A stretch of 45,371 nt of DNA, taken from NCBI GenBank assembly GCA_021846795.1, contig JAJZWG010000001.1:1-45371 (forward strand). Reading direction: 5' to 3'. This DNA comes from a bacterium. Its GTDB lineage: Bacteria; Patescibacteriota; Saccharimonadia; Saccharimonadales; UBA4665. The notes under the pieces are model-generated. The model did not search any database, was not told where the DNA came from, and saw only the letters and a program-made list of their open reading frames with translations. Both the position numbers and the translations under genes were made by a program. Positions 26,770-34,906 of this stretch are shown piece after piece. Position 1 is the first letter of the stretch, and every line of letters starts with the position of its first letter.

Positions 26770-27149
26770 ATATTAGGTACTTAAATTTAGAGGAAATTTT
26801 ACGTCTGCATTTTCAGATAATTGAAGATTTTGGCGGGAGTCATGGCGTGAAAGACGAAGGTAGACTCAAGTCTGTGGTTCAAGCACCAAAACAAATTGTA
26901 TTTGGCAAAGAGCAATATCCGACATTAAACAAAAAAGCTGCAGTTTATCTAAGGAATATTATAGGAGACCATCCTTTTAGTGACGGAAACAAACGAACAG
27001 CAATAACAGTATGCGGAATCTTCCTAACGCGCAACGGCAGTAAACTAACGGTAAGTCCGAAAGTTCTTGAATTGTTTACCCTCAAAGTCACAATTGATCA
27101 TTTGACTATTAATAAAATTGCTAGCTGGCTTGACGGAAACTCAGTTTGA
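26766..27149 (+). CDS. doc: Doc (death-on-curing) Fic-fold toxin
   Basis: HPFSDGNKRTA, the Doc variant of the Fic motif. 127 aa, with N-terminal YLNLEEILRLHFQIIEDFGG. Confidence 0.85.
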   Translation: MNIRYLNLEEILRLHFQIIEDFGGSHGVKDEGRLKSVVQAPKQIVFGKEQYPTLNKKAAVYLRNIIGDHPFSDGNKRTAITVCGIFLTRNGSKLTVSPKVLELFTLKVTIDHLTINKIASWLDGNSV

Positions 27150-27445
27150 TTAATTGTCTTAAATTAAATATTAGGTCGTTTAATTTCATAAAAATGCACC
27201 AGCAAAACAAATTGATAAACGATTGTTAGTAAATGTTCCTTCGGGTTACACTGATAACTTAGATTACTTTATAGATAGGTACGCTGTCACTTAAAGAATT
27301 TGGTGACACAAAATTATGCTTACATCTTCAGTAAAGTACCTATTTCCACAGCTGAAAGACAAATAGACATGAAATTATAATACTTTTGCGTAATACCCAC
27401 GCATTTTTCTGGTAGTTAAGGGTTCTGCTATATATGACATAAGTC

Positions 27446-27604
27446 ATGGAACACAATCGGTTATCGTGCTGTCCAGCCATCATAATGAGGAGCGGTCGGT
27501 TCTGGAACTTAGTCAAGAAGTAAAATGAGATAAATAATGGTGTTCTGGTGATTTGAGTTTTATGTTACTAAATTTGGTCAATCCTCAAAAACTACGCCAA
27601 AATG
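27446..27604 (+). pseudogene. Decayed second copy of the AbrB-type antitoxin gene
   Basis: The 3' part ...TTTGGTCAATCCTCAAAAACTACGCCAAAATG parallels the phd 3' end ...TATGGTCAAACCCTCAAAAACCTTGCGAAAAAATG. GGTTCTGG...TCAAGAAG parallels GGTTCTAGCC...TCAAAAAAGG. The frame is broken by stops. Confidence 0.5.
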
Positions 27605-27644
27605 TCGACTTTTCCAGATGTAAATAAATAGAGACCAGTCATGG

Positions 27645-27679
27645 AACTCGATCTCATATCTTGGGTGCATGATTTGGTT
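27645..27679 (+). repeat. Direct repeat copy B, abutting and including the last 5 nt of the initiator tRNA gene
   Basis: See copy A. Similarity ends where the tRNA acceptor stem begins. Confidence 0.6.
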
Positions 27680-27749
27680 GCGGGGACAGGACTCGAACCT
27701 GTGACCTCGTGGTTATGAGCCACGCGAGCTGCCGCTGCTCCACCCCGCT
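27675..27749 (-). tRNA. Initiator tRNA-fMet (CAU), CCA encoded
   Basis: On the minus strand: AGCGGGGTGGAGCAGCGGCAGCTCGCGTGGCTCATAACCACGAGGTCACAGGTTCGAGTCCTGTCCCCGCAACCA. By recall this is nearly identical to the acceptor/D region of E. coli tRNA-fMet. Positions 1:72 are unpaired (A-A). Confidence 0.8.
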
Positions 27750-27840
27750 TTATATATCTAATTTTTTATAGTATCACACTATTAAGTATTGTCAATTTAG
27801 TTATCTAACAAATAACTAATTTGATATAATATCATGCTAT

Positions 27841-27916
27841 GGGGGCGTAGCTCATCGGTTAGAGCAGGCGGCTCATAACCGCTTGGTAGTTGGTTCGATT
27901 CCAACCTCCCCCACCA
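27841..27916 (+). tRNA. tRNA with CAU anticodon, probably tRNA-Ile2 (lysidine substrate of TilS)
   Basis: GGGGGCGTAGCTCATCGGTTAGAGCAGGCGGCTCATAACCGCTTGGTAGTTGGTTCGATTCCAACCTCCCCCACCA. By recall the anticodon arm and variable loop resemble E. coli ileX (GAGCAGGCGACTCATAATCGCTTGGTC). One C-U mismatch at 6:67. Confidence 0.7.
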
Positions 27917-27930
27917 AAAATTTTTAATCA

Positions 27931-28368
27931 TTACACTTTATAATCTAAGCTATTAATTTGCGCCCAATGATTAATAAATTTAACAAAGTTAATTATTTCT
28001 TCGTCTGTTAAACCTTTAAATAAACTTTGATTTTCTAAACTAAAAGCCTTTAATAGTTTATTTTGTAGTTTAATACCCTTGGGGGTTAATTTTATATCTT
28101 TAATTCGACGATCGTTAATTGATTCTTGTCGGGTTAATATTTCTTTTTTAACTAAAGCATCAATAATTCCAGTTATATTTGAAGGATCACATTGAAACAA
28201 ATTCTTAAAATAATTCATCGGTAAAGATTCATTTAAATCAATTGATATTAATGTCATCAATTGCATGATTGTTAAATCATGCTTCAAGCTTAATCGATAG
28301 ATTTCATTTTTAAAATCCATTAAAAATTCAATTAAGTTTTTATAAAATAAATTGTTTAAATTTTTCAT
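27931..28368 (-). CDS. MarR-family transcriptional regulator
   Basis: 145 aa with a wHTH (LTIMQLMTLISI...PSNITGIIDALVKKEILTRQESINDRRIKDIKLTPKG). Confidence 0.8.
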   Translation of the reverse strand: MKNLNNLFYKNLIEFLMDFKNEIYRLSLKHDLTIMQLMTLISIDLNESLPMNYFKNLFQCDPSNITGIIDALVKKEILTRQESINDRRIKDIKLTPKGIKLQNKLLKAFSLENQSLFKGLTDEEIINFVKFINHWAQINSLDYKV

Positions 28369-28389
28369 ACTAAATTATTGACATACTAA

Positions 28390-28410
28390 ATAGTTGACAT
28401 TATCAACTAT
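28390..28410. promoter_or_regulatory. Candidate MarR operator palindrome
   Basis: ATAGTTGA-cattA-TCAACTAT (8-bp arms) in the divergent MarR/MFS intergenic region. It overlaps a TTGACA hexamer (28394-28399). Confidence 0.45.
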
Positions 28411-28453
28411 TAATCATACCATAGTTTAGTATATTAATAAAATCAAGGTAAAA

Positions 28454-29887
28454 ATGAAAGAGAAAATTAAATCTCATTGGTTTATATTGGTTATTTTAGC
28501 TTTTGCTCAATTCATGGTTGTGTTAGATTCTTCAGTTGTCAATGTAGCCCTACCCCATATTCAAAAAACTTTTGATTTATCTACTTCTAATTTACAATGG
28601 ATTATTACGGCTTATACTTTAACTTTTGGTGGTTTTTTACTATTTGGTGGTCGAGCAGCCGATTTATATGGTCGAAAAAAAATCTTTTTAATTGGAGTTA
28701 TTTTTTTCGGTCTAATGTCATTAATAGATGGCTTTTCTAGATCTGGTGGTATGTTAATTGGTTCTAGAATTCTGCAAGGATTAGGTGCTGCTTTTATGTC
28801 ACCAGCCGCTTTATCAATAGTTTTAACAAAATACAGAGAAGGACATAGTAGAAATATTGCGTTATCGGTCTGGGGAGCAGTAGCATCTGGCGGTGCAGCT
28901 GCAGGAGTTTTGCTTGGCGGTATTTTAACCCAATATTATGGCTGGCGTTGGAATTTTTTTATCAATGTACCAATTAGTATTTTAATTTTTGTAATTGCTT
29001 ACAAAATTGTGCCCAGTCATGATGCTGAAGAAAGTAATAATGCGATTGATTTAGCCGGTGCTATTAGTGTCACAATTAGTATGCTATCACTCGTTTATGG
29101 TTTAACTCAAGGACCAACCTACGGTTGGTTTAGCTGGTCAACCTTACCATTTTTTGGTATTACTATTGTTAGCTTAATTTTCTTCTATTTCAATGAAACT
29201 AGACAAAAACATCCTCTTTTACCATTAAATATTTTCAAAAACAAAAACTTAACTGGCGCCAACTTAACAATATTTCCAGTTGTAGCTAGTGTTTATGCAC
29301 TGTTTTTCTTTCTATCATTATATATTCAAAATGTTTTAGGTTACTCACCAGTTAAAACAGGTTTATCATTCTTAATTGTTCCTTTAACAATTATGTTGGC
29401 TGCCACCCAAATACCGAAAATTATTAAAATATTGGGTTCAAAATATGTTCTTATTGGTGGAATTGTTTTAATCGCTATTGCCTTAATTTATCTAACTAAA
29501 TTACCCCTTCACAGTAATTATTGGACAAATATTTTACCAGCCTTAATAATCTTAGGTTTAGGAGCTGGTACTAGTTTTGTTTCGGGTACTATTATTGCTA
29601 CATCAGGTGTTGAAGAACATAAATCAGGTTTAGCCTCAGGAATTTTAAATACTTCTCAACAAATTGGTGGATCGGTTGGTTTAGCAATCTTAACTGGTGT
29701 AACATCATCTTATGTTTTAAAAATTAACCAACATTTACCTAAAAACATTAGTCCCAAATTAATACCTATTTATGTTGCTGTTCATAGTTACAGAGCTGCT
29801 TTTACTGCCGGCGTAATCATAGCTTTAATTGGTATAGTTTTAGCTTTTATTTTAATTGAAAACACTAAACCAAAAAAATTATTATAA
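28454..29887 (+). CDS. MFS transporter, DHA2 (EmrB/QacA-like, 14-TMS) family
   Basis: 477 aa with LDSSVVNVALP, GRAADLYGRKK (motif A-like) and ~14 hydrophobic segments. Confidence 0.8.
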   Translation: MKEKIKSHWFILVILAFAQFMVVLDSSVVNVALPHIQKTFDLSTSNLQWIITAYTLTFGGFLLFGGRAADLYGRKKIFLIGVIFFGLMSLIDGFSRSGGMLIGSRILQGLGAAFMSPAALSIVLTKYREGHSRNIALSVWGAVASGGAAAGVLLGGILTQYYGWRWNFFINVPISILIFVIAYKIVPSHDAEESNNAIDLAGAISVTISMLSLVYGLTQGPTYGWFSWSTLPFFGITIVSLIFFYFNETRQKHPLLPLNIFKNKNLTGANLTIFPVVASVYALFFFLSLYIQNVLGYSPVKTGLSFLIVPLTIMLAATQIPKIIKILGSKYVLIGGIVLIAIALIYLTKLPLHSNYWTNILPALIILGLGAGTSFVSGTIIATSGVEEHKSGLASGILNTSQQIGGSVGLAILTGVTSSYVLKINQHLPKNISPKLIPIYVAVHSYRAAFTAGVIIALIGIVLAFILIENTKPKKLL

Positions 29888-30850
29888 ATTATCGATGAAA
29901 TCATCCAAAATTTTATTAACTGCTTCAATACTTTTTTGCGCCATAATATGTTGTCTTAAATTACTAGAGCCATTAAAACCATTTAAATATAGTTTTGCAA
30001 ATTTAAATAACTTAAACAACCGACTATCAACGCTATCAAAATAAACTCTATTAAAATTGTTAAGATGATCTTTAAATAAATTAATTTTTTGAATAATAGA
30101 ATATTGGTCCCAACAATCAGCTTCTTTACTAAAAGCTAAAGGATTTTTTAAAACACCTCGGCCGATCATAATACCATCTACCTGATATTGCTGAGCTAGC
30201 CTATGACCAGTCTTTTTATTATCAACATCACCATTACCAACCAATAATATATCTGGGTTAATTTGATCTCTAAGTTTTTTAATCTGATTAATGTAATCCC
30301 AGCGAGCAAATACTTTACTCATATCTTTTTTTGTTCTTAAATGTACGGTTAATAATTGAATCGGTAAACCTAATAAAAATTCATGCCAAGACAAATCTAC
30401 TTCATTAAAACCTAACCGAGTTTTAACGCTAACCGGTAAACCATTTGCACCGTCAACAGTCGCTAAAATTATTTCTTTAGCTAATTGACGATTATTAATT
30501 AAAGCCGAACAACAGCCATTCCTAACAACTGTTTTATCTGGACATCCCATATTTAAATCAATACCATTAAAATTCATAGCTTTTATTTCTTGAGCGACTT
30601 TAAAAAAATTTACTGGATTTTTACCCCATAATTGAGCAATTAATGGTTTTTCTTGAACCGAAAATTTTAGTTTACTTTCTAAATTTTGTCGACCCGATGA
30701 CATTAAACCATCAACGTTAACAAATTCTGTTAACATATAATCTGGTCGAGCTAAATTAACAATTATTTGTCTAAAAACTGTGTCAGTCACGTCATCCATT
30801 GGCGCCAAAGCAAAAAATGGCTTTGGTAATAACTGATAAAAATTTTTCAT
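29882..30850 (-). CDS. tRNA-dihydrouridine synthase (Dus family)
   Basis: FALAPMDDVTDTVFRQI, DLNMGCP (catalytic Cys), and the TIM-barrel length. Confidence 0.8.
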   Translation of the reverse strand: MKNFYQLLPKPFFALAPMDDVTDTVFRQIIVNLARPDYMLTEFVNVDGLMSSGRQNLESKLKFSVQEKPLIAQLWGKNPVNFFKVAQEIKAMNFNGIDLNMGCPDKTVVRNGCCSALINNRQLAKEIILATVDGANGLPVSVKTRLGFNEVDLSWHEFLLGLPIQLLTVHLRTKKDMSKVFARWDYINQIKKLRDQINPDILLVGNGDVDNKKTGHRLAQQYQVDGIMIGRGVLKNPLAFSKEADCWDQYSIIQKINLFKDHLNNFNRVYFDSVDSRLFKLFKFAKLYLNGFNGSSNLRQHIMAQKSIEAVNKILDDFIDNL

Positions 30851-30853
30851 TTA

Positions 30854-31957
30854 TTATTCCCAACTAAAAACTCGAAACGCTATAGCATAAATAATAATAA
30901 ACCAAAGCGCTATTAAACCGATCTCAGGCCCTATCTGAGTAAAATTTTTACCAGCCGTGATTAAAAGCCTTAAGCCGTTAATCACTGGAGTTAAGGGTAA
31001 AAAACTACTAATTTTTTGAAGCCAAAGTGGCATTTCAAATTGCGGAAAGAAAGTTCCAGATAAAAATAACATTGGAAAAACTATAATATTAGCTAGTGGT
31101 GCAGCCTGACGAGCATTTTTTGCCCAACCACCAATTGCTAATCCAATACCTAAAATCATAAAAACACTAAAAATTGTAAAAATTAAAATTTCTAATAAAT
31201 TACCGTTAATTTGTAAATTAAATAATAAAATAGCCGCTATAAACTGAACAACAATAGCCATGACGCCAATTAAAGCCTGCGACAACATAGTTGCTAAAAA
31301 ATATTGCCAAACTTTAATTGGTGTTGTATGAAGACGACGTAAAATTCCCTGCTTTTTTAATTCAGGAAAAATTTCAATTTGACTAAAAATTCCAACACCT
31401 ATAATACTAAAACCCAATATGCCTGCAAAAGTATAATCAAAAATCGTTAAACTATTTTGATTTAATTTTTGCGATAAAACAGTAAATGGTTTAAATGATT
31501 TAACTAAATGATTATTTAAATCTTTGACAATTGTACTATTAATCAATGAATTAATAGTTTGAGCAGCAATAGTTGAATTTTCGGTATATAAAATTTTAAC
31601 TTGACCGGTTGGAATATTGTTTTTTATTTGACCGAAGTTTTTATTTAATACAATGGTCGCATCAATTTTGTTATAAATCATACTCTGTTTAGCATTGTTT
31701 AAAGATTTAATCGATTGATTAACTTTAAAAATTTTATTAGACTCTAAATTTGCAATAAATTGCCTTGAAATTGAAGATGATGATTGATTAATAACGGCTA
31801 TTTTAAAAGAAATATTACTATTATTGTTGACCATAAAACCCAATACAATTAAAAAAATTAATGGGAACAATACGGCAAAAAATATTGCTAATCGGTCACG
31901 AAAAAATCGTTTTATATTAATTTTTGTAAAAATTAAAACTGTTTTTAAGCTTGCCAT
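30854..31957 (-). CDS. ABC-2 type transporter permease
   Basis: 367 aa with an N-terminal TM, a large loop and five C-terminal TM segments. Immediately downstream of the ATPase gene. Confidence 0.75.
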   Translation of the reverse strand: MASLKTVLIFTKINIKRFFRDRLAIFFAVLFPLIFLIVLGFMVNNNSNISFKIAVINQSSSSISRQFIANLESNKIFKVNQSIKSLNNAKQSMIYNKIDATIVLNKNFGQIKNNIPTGQVKILYTENSTIAAQTINSLINSTIVKDLNNHLVKSFKPFTVLSQKLNQNSLTIFDYTFAGILGFSIIGVGIFSQIEIFPELKKQGILRRLHTTPIKVWQYFLATMLSQALIGVMAIVVQFIAAILLFNLQINGNLLEILIFTIFSVFMILGIGLAIGGWAKNARQAAPLANIIVFPMLFLSGTFFPQFEMPLWLQKISSFLPLTPVINGLRLLITAGKNFTQIGPEIGLIALWFIIIYAIAFRVFSWE

Positions 31958-32731
31958 TTAATTTTCTCTCAACTCTTTTCCGGTTAAATCAATAAAAACA
32001 TCTTCTAAATTAGCTTGTTCAACTTTTTGATCTTTTTTAAAACCTTTTTTAATCAAATTATCAATTAATTTCTTGGGTTGATCGAGGGCAATTATTTTAC
32101 CGTTATCCATGATAGCAACCCGATCACATAATAATTCGGCTTCATCCATATAATGAGTAGTTAGTATAATAGTCAAACCTTTATCTCTAATTGATTTAAT
32201 TAATTGCCATAAATTTCTTCGAGCTTGAGGGTCTAATCCGGTGGTTGGTTCATCTAAGAAAAAAATCTTAGGGTTATGAACTAGAGCCACTGCGACACTA
32301 AAGCGTTGTTTTTGACCACCAGATAAAGTTTCAGCATAACTATTAGCTTTATCTAATAATCCAACTTCATCAAGTAATTGACGCCAGTTAATTTTAACTT
32401 GATAAGTTGCTGCGAACATTTCTAATATTTCTTTTAATTTTTGTTTATCCTGAAAAGCGGGTGTTTGCGGTTGAATACCAATAATTTTTTTTACATTTAA
32501 TGGATTTTTGGCGACATCAAAACCGTTAACTATAATTTGACCTTCATCAATTGGTCTTAAAGTTTCAATCATTTCTAGAGTAGTAGTTTTACCAGCACCA
32601 TTTGGTCCTAAAATACCAAATATTTCTCCCTGTTTAACTGTTAAATTAAGGTCATTAACGACAATTAAATTGTTATAAAATTTTTTGATATGTTTAATTT
32701 CTAAAATAACTGATTTTCTAGAAGTCACCAT
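31958..32731 (-). CDS. ABC transporter ATP-binding protein
   Basis: GPNGAGKTT (Walker A), LSGGQKQR (signature), FFLDEPTTGLD (Walker B). Confidence 0.9.
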   Translation of the reverse strand: MVTSRKSVILEIKHIKKFYNNLIVVNDLNLTVKQGEIFGILGPNGAGKTTTLEMIETLRPIDEGQIIVNGFDVAKNPLNVKKIIGIQPQTPAFQDKQKLKEILEMFAATYQVKINWRQLLDEVGLLDKANSYAETLSGGQKQRFSVAVALVHNPKIFFLDEPTTGLDPQARRNLWQLIKSIRDKGLTIILTTHYMDEAELLCDRVAIMDNGKIIALDQPKKLIDNLIKKGFKKDQKVEQANLEDVFIDLTGKELREN

Positions 32732-32746
32732 TCATAATATTTTAAC

Positions 32747-32780
32747 ATAAAAAAACACCTAAAATATTCTTTAGGTGTTT
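32747..32780 (-). terminator. Rho-independent terminator after the 64-aa gene
   Basis: On the minus strand: AAACACCTAAA-gaatat-TTTAGGTGTTT followed by TTTTAT. Confidence 0.7.
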
Positions 32781-32805
32781 TAATAGAAAAATTAATAATT
32801 AAATA

Positions 32806-33000
32806 TTATTTCTTTTTTAATGTCAAAAAGCCATTTTTTGGACTTTCTTGAACAGATCGATCGCTTGGTAAATCACAAGCTGTAGCTCTTTTATCTTTTG
32901 AAAAATAATAAATAGTATTCTTTTGTCCACCTTTTAGCGTAACTTCTTGACAATTCAAATAAAATGTAACGCCTTTTGAATTAGTGTGCTGATAAGCCAT
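32806..33000 (-). CDS. Small conserved protein of unknown function
   Basis: 64 aa: MAYQHTNSKGVTFYLNCQEVTLKGGQKNTIYYFSKDKRATACDLPSDRSVQESPKNGFLTLKKK. GAGGGAGAG SD upstream, and its own terminator. Confidence 0.6.
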   Translation of the reverse strand: MAYQHTNSKGVTFYLNCQEVTLKGGQKNTIYYFSKDKRATACDLPSDRSVQESPKNGFLTLKKK

Positions 33001-33216
33001 TGTTTAAGCTCTCCCTCTTAAAATTAATATTACTATCTCAACATACTCCTAAAATTCTATATTTGTCAACATTTTATTAATCTGTTACTAGGATATCCAC
33101 AAATTTACATCTGTTAATCATCATTAAAAATAATTTTTAAATTTTAACTTGCGAAAATTAATCAGCTATTATAAACTAACTGAGTAAGCATAAAAATTAA
33201 GGTGGAGACATATAAT

Positions 33217-33876
33217 ATGGATTTTACGAATCGTTCTTCTCAACAAATGCCTGATGCGACAACAATGAGTCCTCAGTCGGATATGGGAAAAATTAAAAAT
33301 AAACAAACTAATAAGTTCTCTGATAAAAATGACAAAAATAAAGTTTTGAATATAATTTCCATTATATTTGGAATTGCTGTCGTAATTTTAATAGTAGCTT
33401 TATTAATTTATATTGCTTTATCTAATTCTAGTAGCAATTCAGAAAGTTCTTATATTTACAAAAACAAACTTCAAGCCGTTTTCTTAAATACTGGCCAAGT
33501 TTATTTTGGTAATATTCAAAAAATTAATTCTAGTTATTTTGTTTTAACAAATATTTTTTATTTACAAACAAATTCAACGGCTACTTCAAGCAAATCAACA
33601 TCTTCACCAAGTGTTTCGTTGGTTAAACTGGGTTGTGAATTGCATGCTCCATACGATAGAATGATCATTAATTCTTCCCAAGTTACTTTCTGGGAAAATC
33701 TAAAATCAACCGGAAAAGTCTCTCAAGCTGTCGCAGCTTTTGATAAAGCTCATCCAAATGGTCAACAAACTTGTTCCAATCAAACAAGTTCAGCTTCTAA
33801 CACTAGTGGTACAAACGTTCAACCAAAAACTCAAAACCCAACTAATGTTCCGGTTTCATCAACCAAAAAACCTTAA
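33217..33876 (+). CDS. N-terminally anchored secreted protein, Ser/Thr-rich, unknown function
   Basis: AAGGTGGAG SD 8 nt upstream of ATG 33217 (the track starts at GTG 33202). One TM helix (VLNIISIIFGIAVVILIVALLIYIAL). Confidence 0.6.
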   Translation: MDFTNRSSQQMPDATTMSPQSDMGKIKNKQTNKFSDKNDKNKVLNIISIIFGIAVVILIVALLIYIALSNSSSNSESSYIYKNKLQAVFLNTGQVYFGNIQKINSSYFVLTNIFYLQTNSTATSSKSTSSPSVSLVKLGCELHAPYDRMIINSSQVTFWENLKSTGKVSQAVAAFDKAHPNGQQTCSNQTSSASNTSGTNVQPKTQNPTNVPVSSTKKP

Positions 33877-33900
33877 CAAAAAACTATAAACAAAAAAATA

Positions 33901-33932
33901 AAAACCTTCTCTAGTGGAAGGTTTTTATTTTT
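33901..33932 (+). terminator. Rho-independent terminator
   Basis: AAAACCTTC-tctagtg-GAAGGTTTT followed by TATTTTT. Confidence 0.8.
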
Positions 33933-33961
33933 GCTTTAAATCAATCCTATAAAATCTATTG

Positions 33962-33975
33962 AACTATTTAATAAA
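33962..33975 (+). repeat. Direct repeat, left copy (AACTATTTAATAAA)
   Basis: An identical 14-mer recurs at 34203-34216. With flanks the match is 18 of 19 (TATTGAACTATTTAATAAA versus TATTTAACTATTTAATAAA). Confidence 0.6.
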
Positions 33976-34202
33976 TATAAGTAATTAAATAATTTATAAG
34001 TCTTAAACTGACTTGACCGTAAGATCATGTTTTGGAGCTGTTAATAAATAGCATGTGCTTAATTTTGGCATTTTAACGTAATTATCGAGAGATACCTCAT
34101 AATTCCTCCAACTTCAGTTACAGAGCCCATAAATAAGTCGTTTTATATTTAGTCAACTTTTCAACACACTAATTGACCGGCTCGGGTATTAAAATCTTAT
34201 TT

Positions 34203-34216
34203 AACTATTTAATAAA
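34203..34216 (+). repeat. Direct repeat, right copy (AACTATTTAATAAA)
   Basis: See the left copy. It sits 2 nt before the stop codon of the minus-strand gene 34219-34839. Confidence 0.6.
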
Positions 34217-34218
34217 AA

Positions 34219-34839
34219 TTACTTAGTCGTTAACCGAAGCCACAAATTAATCGTATAAACTATTAAACCGGTTAAAAATAAAAATAAACTTATTAAAAGA
34301 GTAATGCCAGCTAAATCTGGCGACCAAACTGGAGTAATAAAATCAAATTCAAATAAACTAGGTGAAATTGGGTTAATTTTAACTCCGTGTTGAGTGACAT
34401 ATTTTTCAATACAAGGAACTCTCGGTCCACCCAAAAAGTCAACTGTTCCAATTGGTATAACCTTCTGACAATAATCTTCAGCTTTAGTATAAAGACCTAA
34501 ATTAGCTTGAGCTAACTGTTGACTTTGAGCCTTCACCGCTCTTTCATAACTATATTTTAATTGAATGGGTGGATAAACTGAATCATTGCCAGAATTTAAA
34601 TTAGTGTTCATATTACTAATTACATAAGCTTGTAGTTTATCTAAAGCTTGTTGCACTCCAACACCCTTTTTATCAGCAACAGCTAATTGGTTGCGTAATT
34701 TAATCATAGTTAAATTATTATTTCTAAGGCTAAAGACAGCTATAACCAAAAAAACTAAGCCAATAGCAAAAAAATAACGAACTTTAATATGTTTTGTATA
34801 GTGAGAATAAGAATAATGAAGTGATTTTTTATTCATCAA
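34219..34839 (-). CDS. Membrane protein with N- and C-terminal TM helices, unknown function
   Basis: 206 aa: VRYFFAIGLVFLVIAVFSL ... GITLLISLFLFLTGLIVYTINLWL. Confidence 0.5.
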   Translation of the reverse strand: MMNKKSLHYSYSHYTKHIKVRYFFAIGLVFLVIAVFSLRNNNLTMIKLRNQLAVADKKGVGVQQALDKLQAYVISNMNTNLNSGNDSVYPPIQLKYSYERAVKAQSQQLAQANLGLYTKAEDYCQKVIPIGTVDFLGGPRVPCIEKYVTQHGVKINPISPSLFEFDFITPVWSPDLAGITLLISLFLFLTGLIVYTINLWLRLTTK

Positions 34840-34906
34840 TAATATTATGACACATCAAGCTTAAACTATTGATTAATCATAAACTATCTACGATACTTAA
34901 ATTATT

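Noticed and set aside
29856-30044. 62-aa plus-strand ORF
   Set aside because: It overlaps the MFS gene's 3' end and lies antisense to the Dus gene. No support.
33940-34218. Housekeeping ncRNA (SRP RNA, tmRNA, RNase P RNA) in the long convergent spacer
   Set aside because: The conserved motifs I remember were not found by eye: the GGAAGCAGCC-type SRP domain IV, the tmRNA tRNA-like ends and tag ORF, and GAGGAAAGTCC of RNase P. The region is reported only as a repeat-bounded insert of unknown nature.
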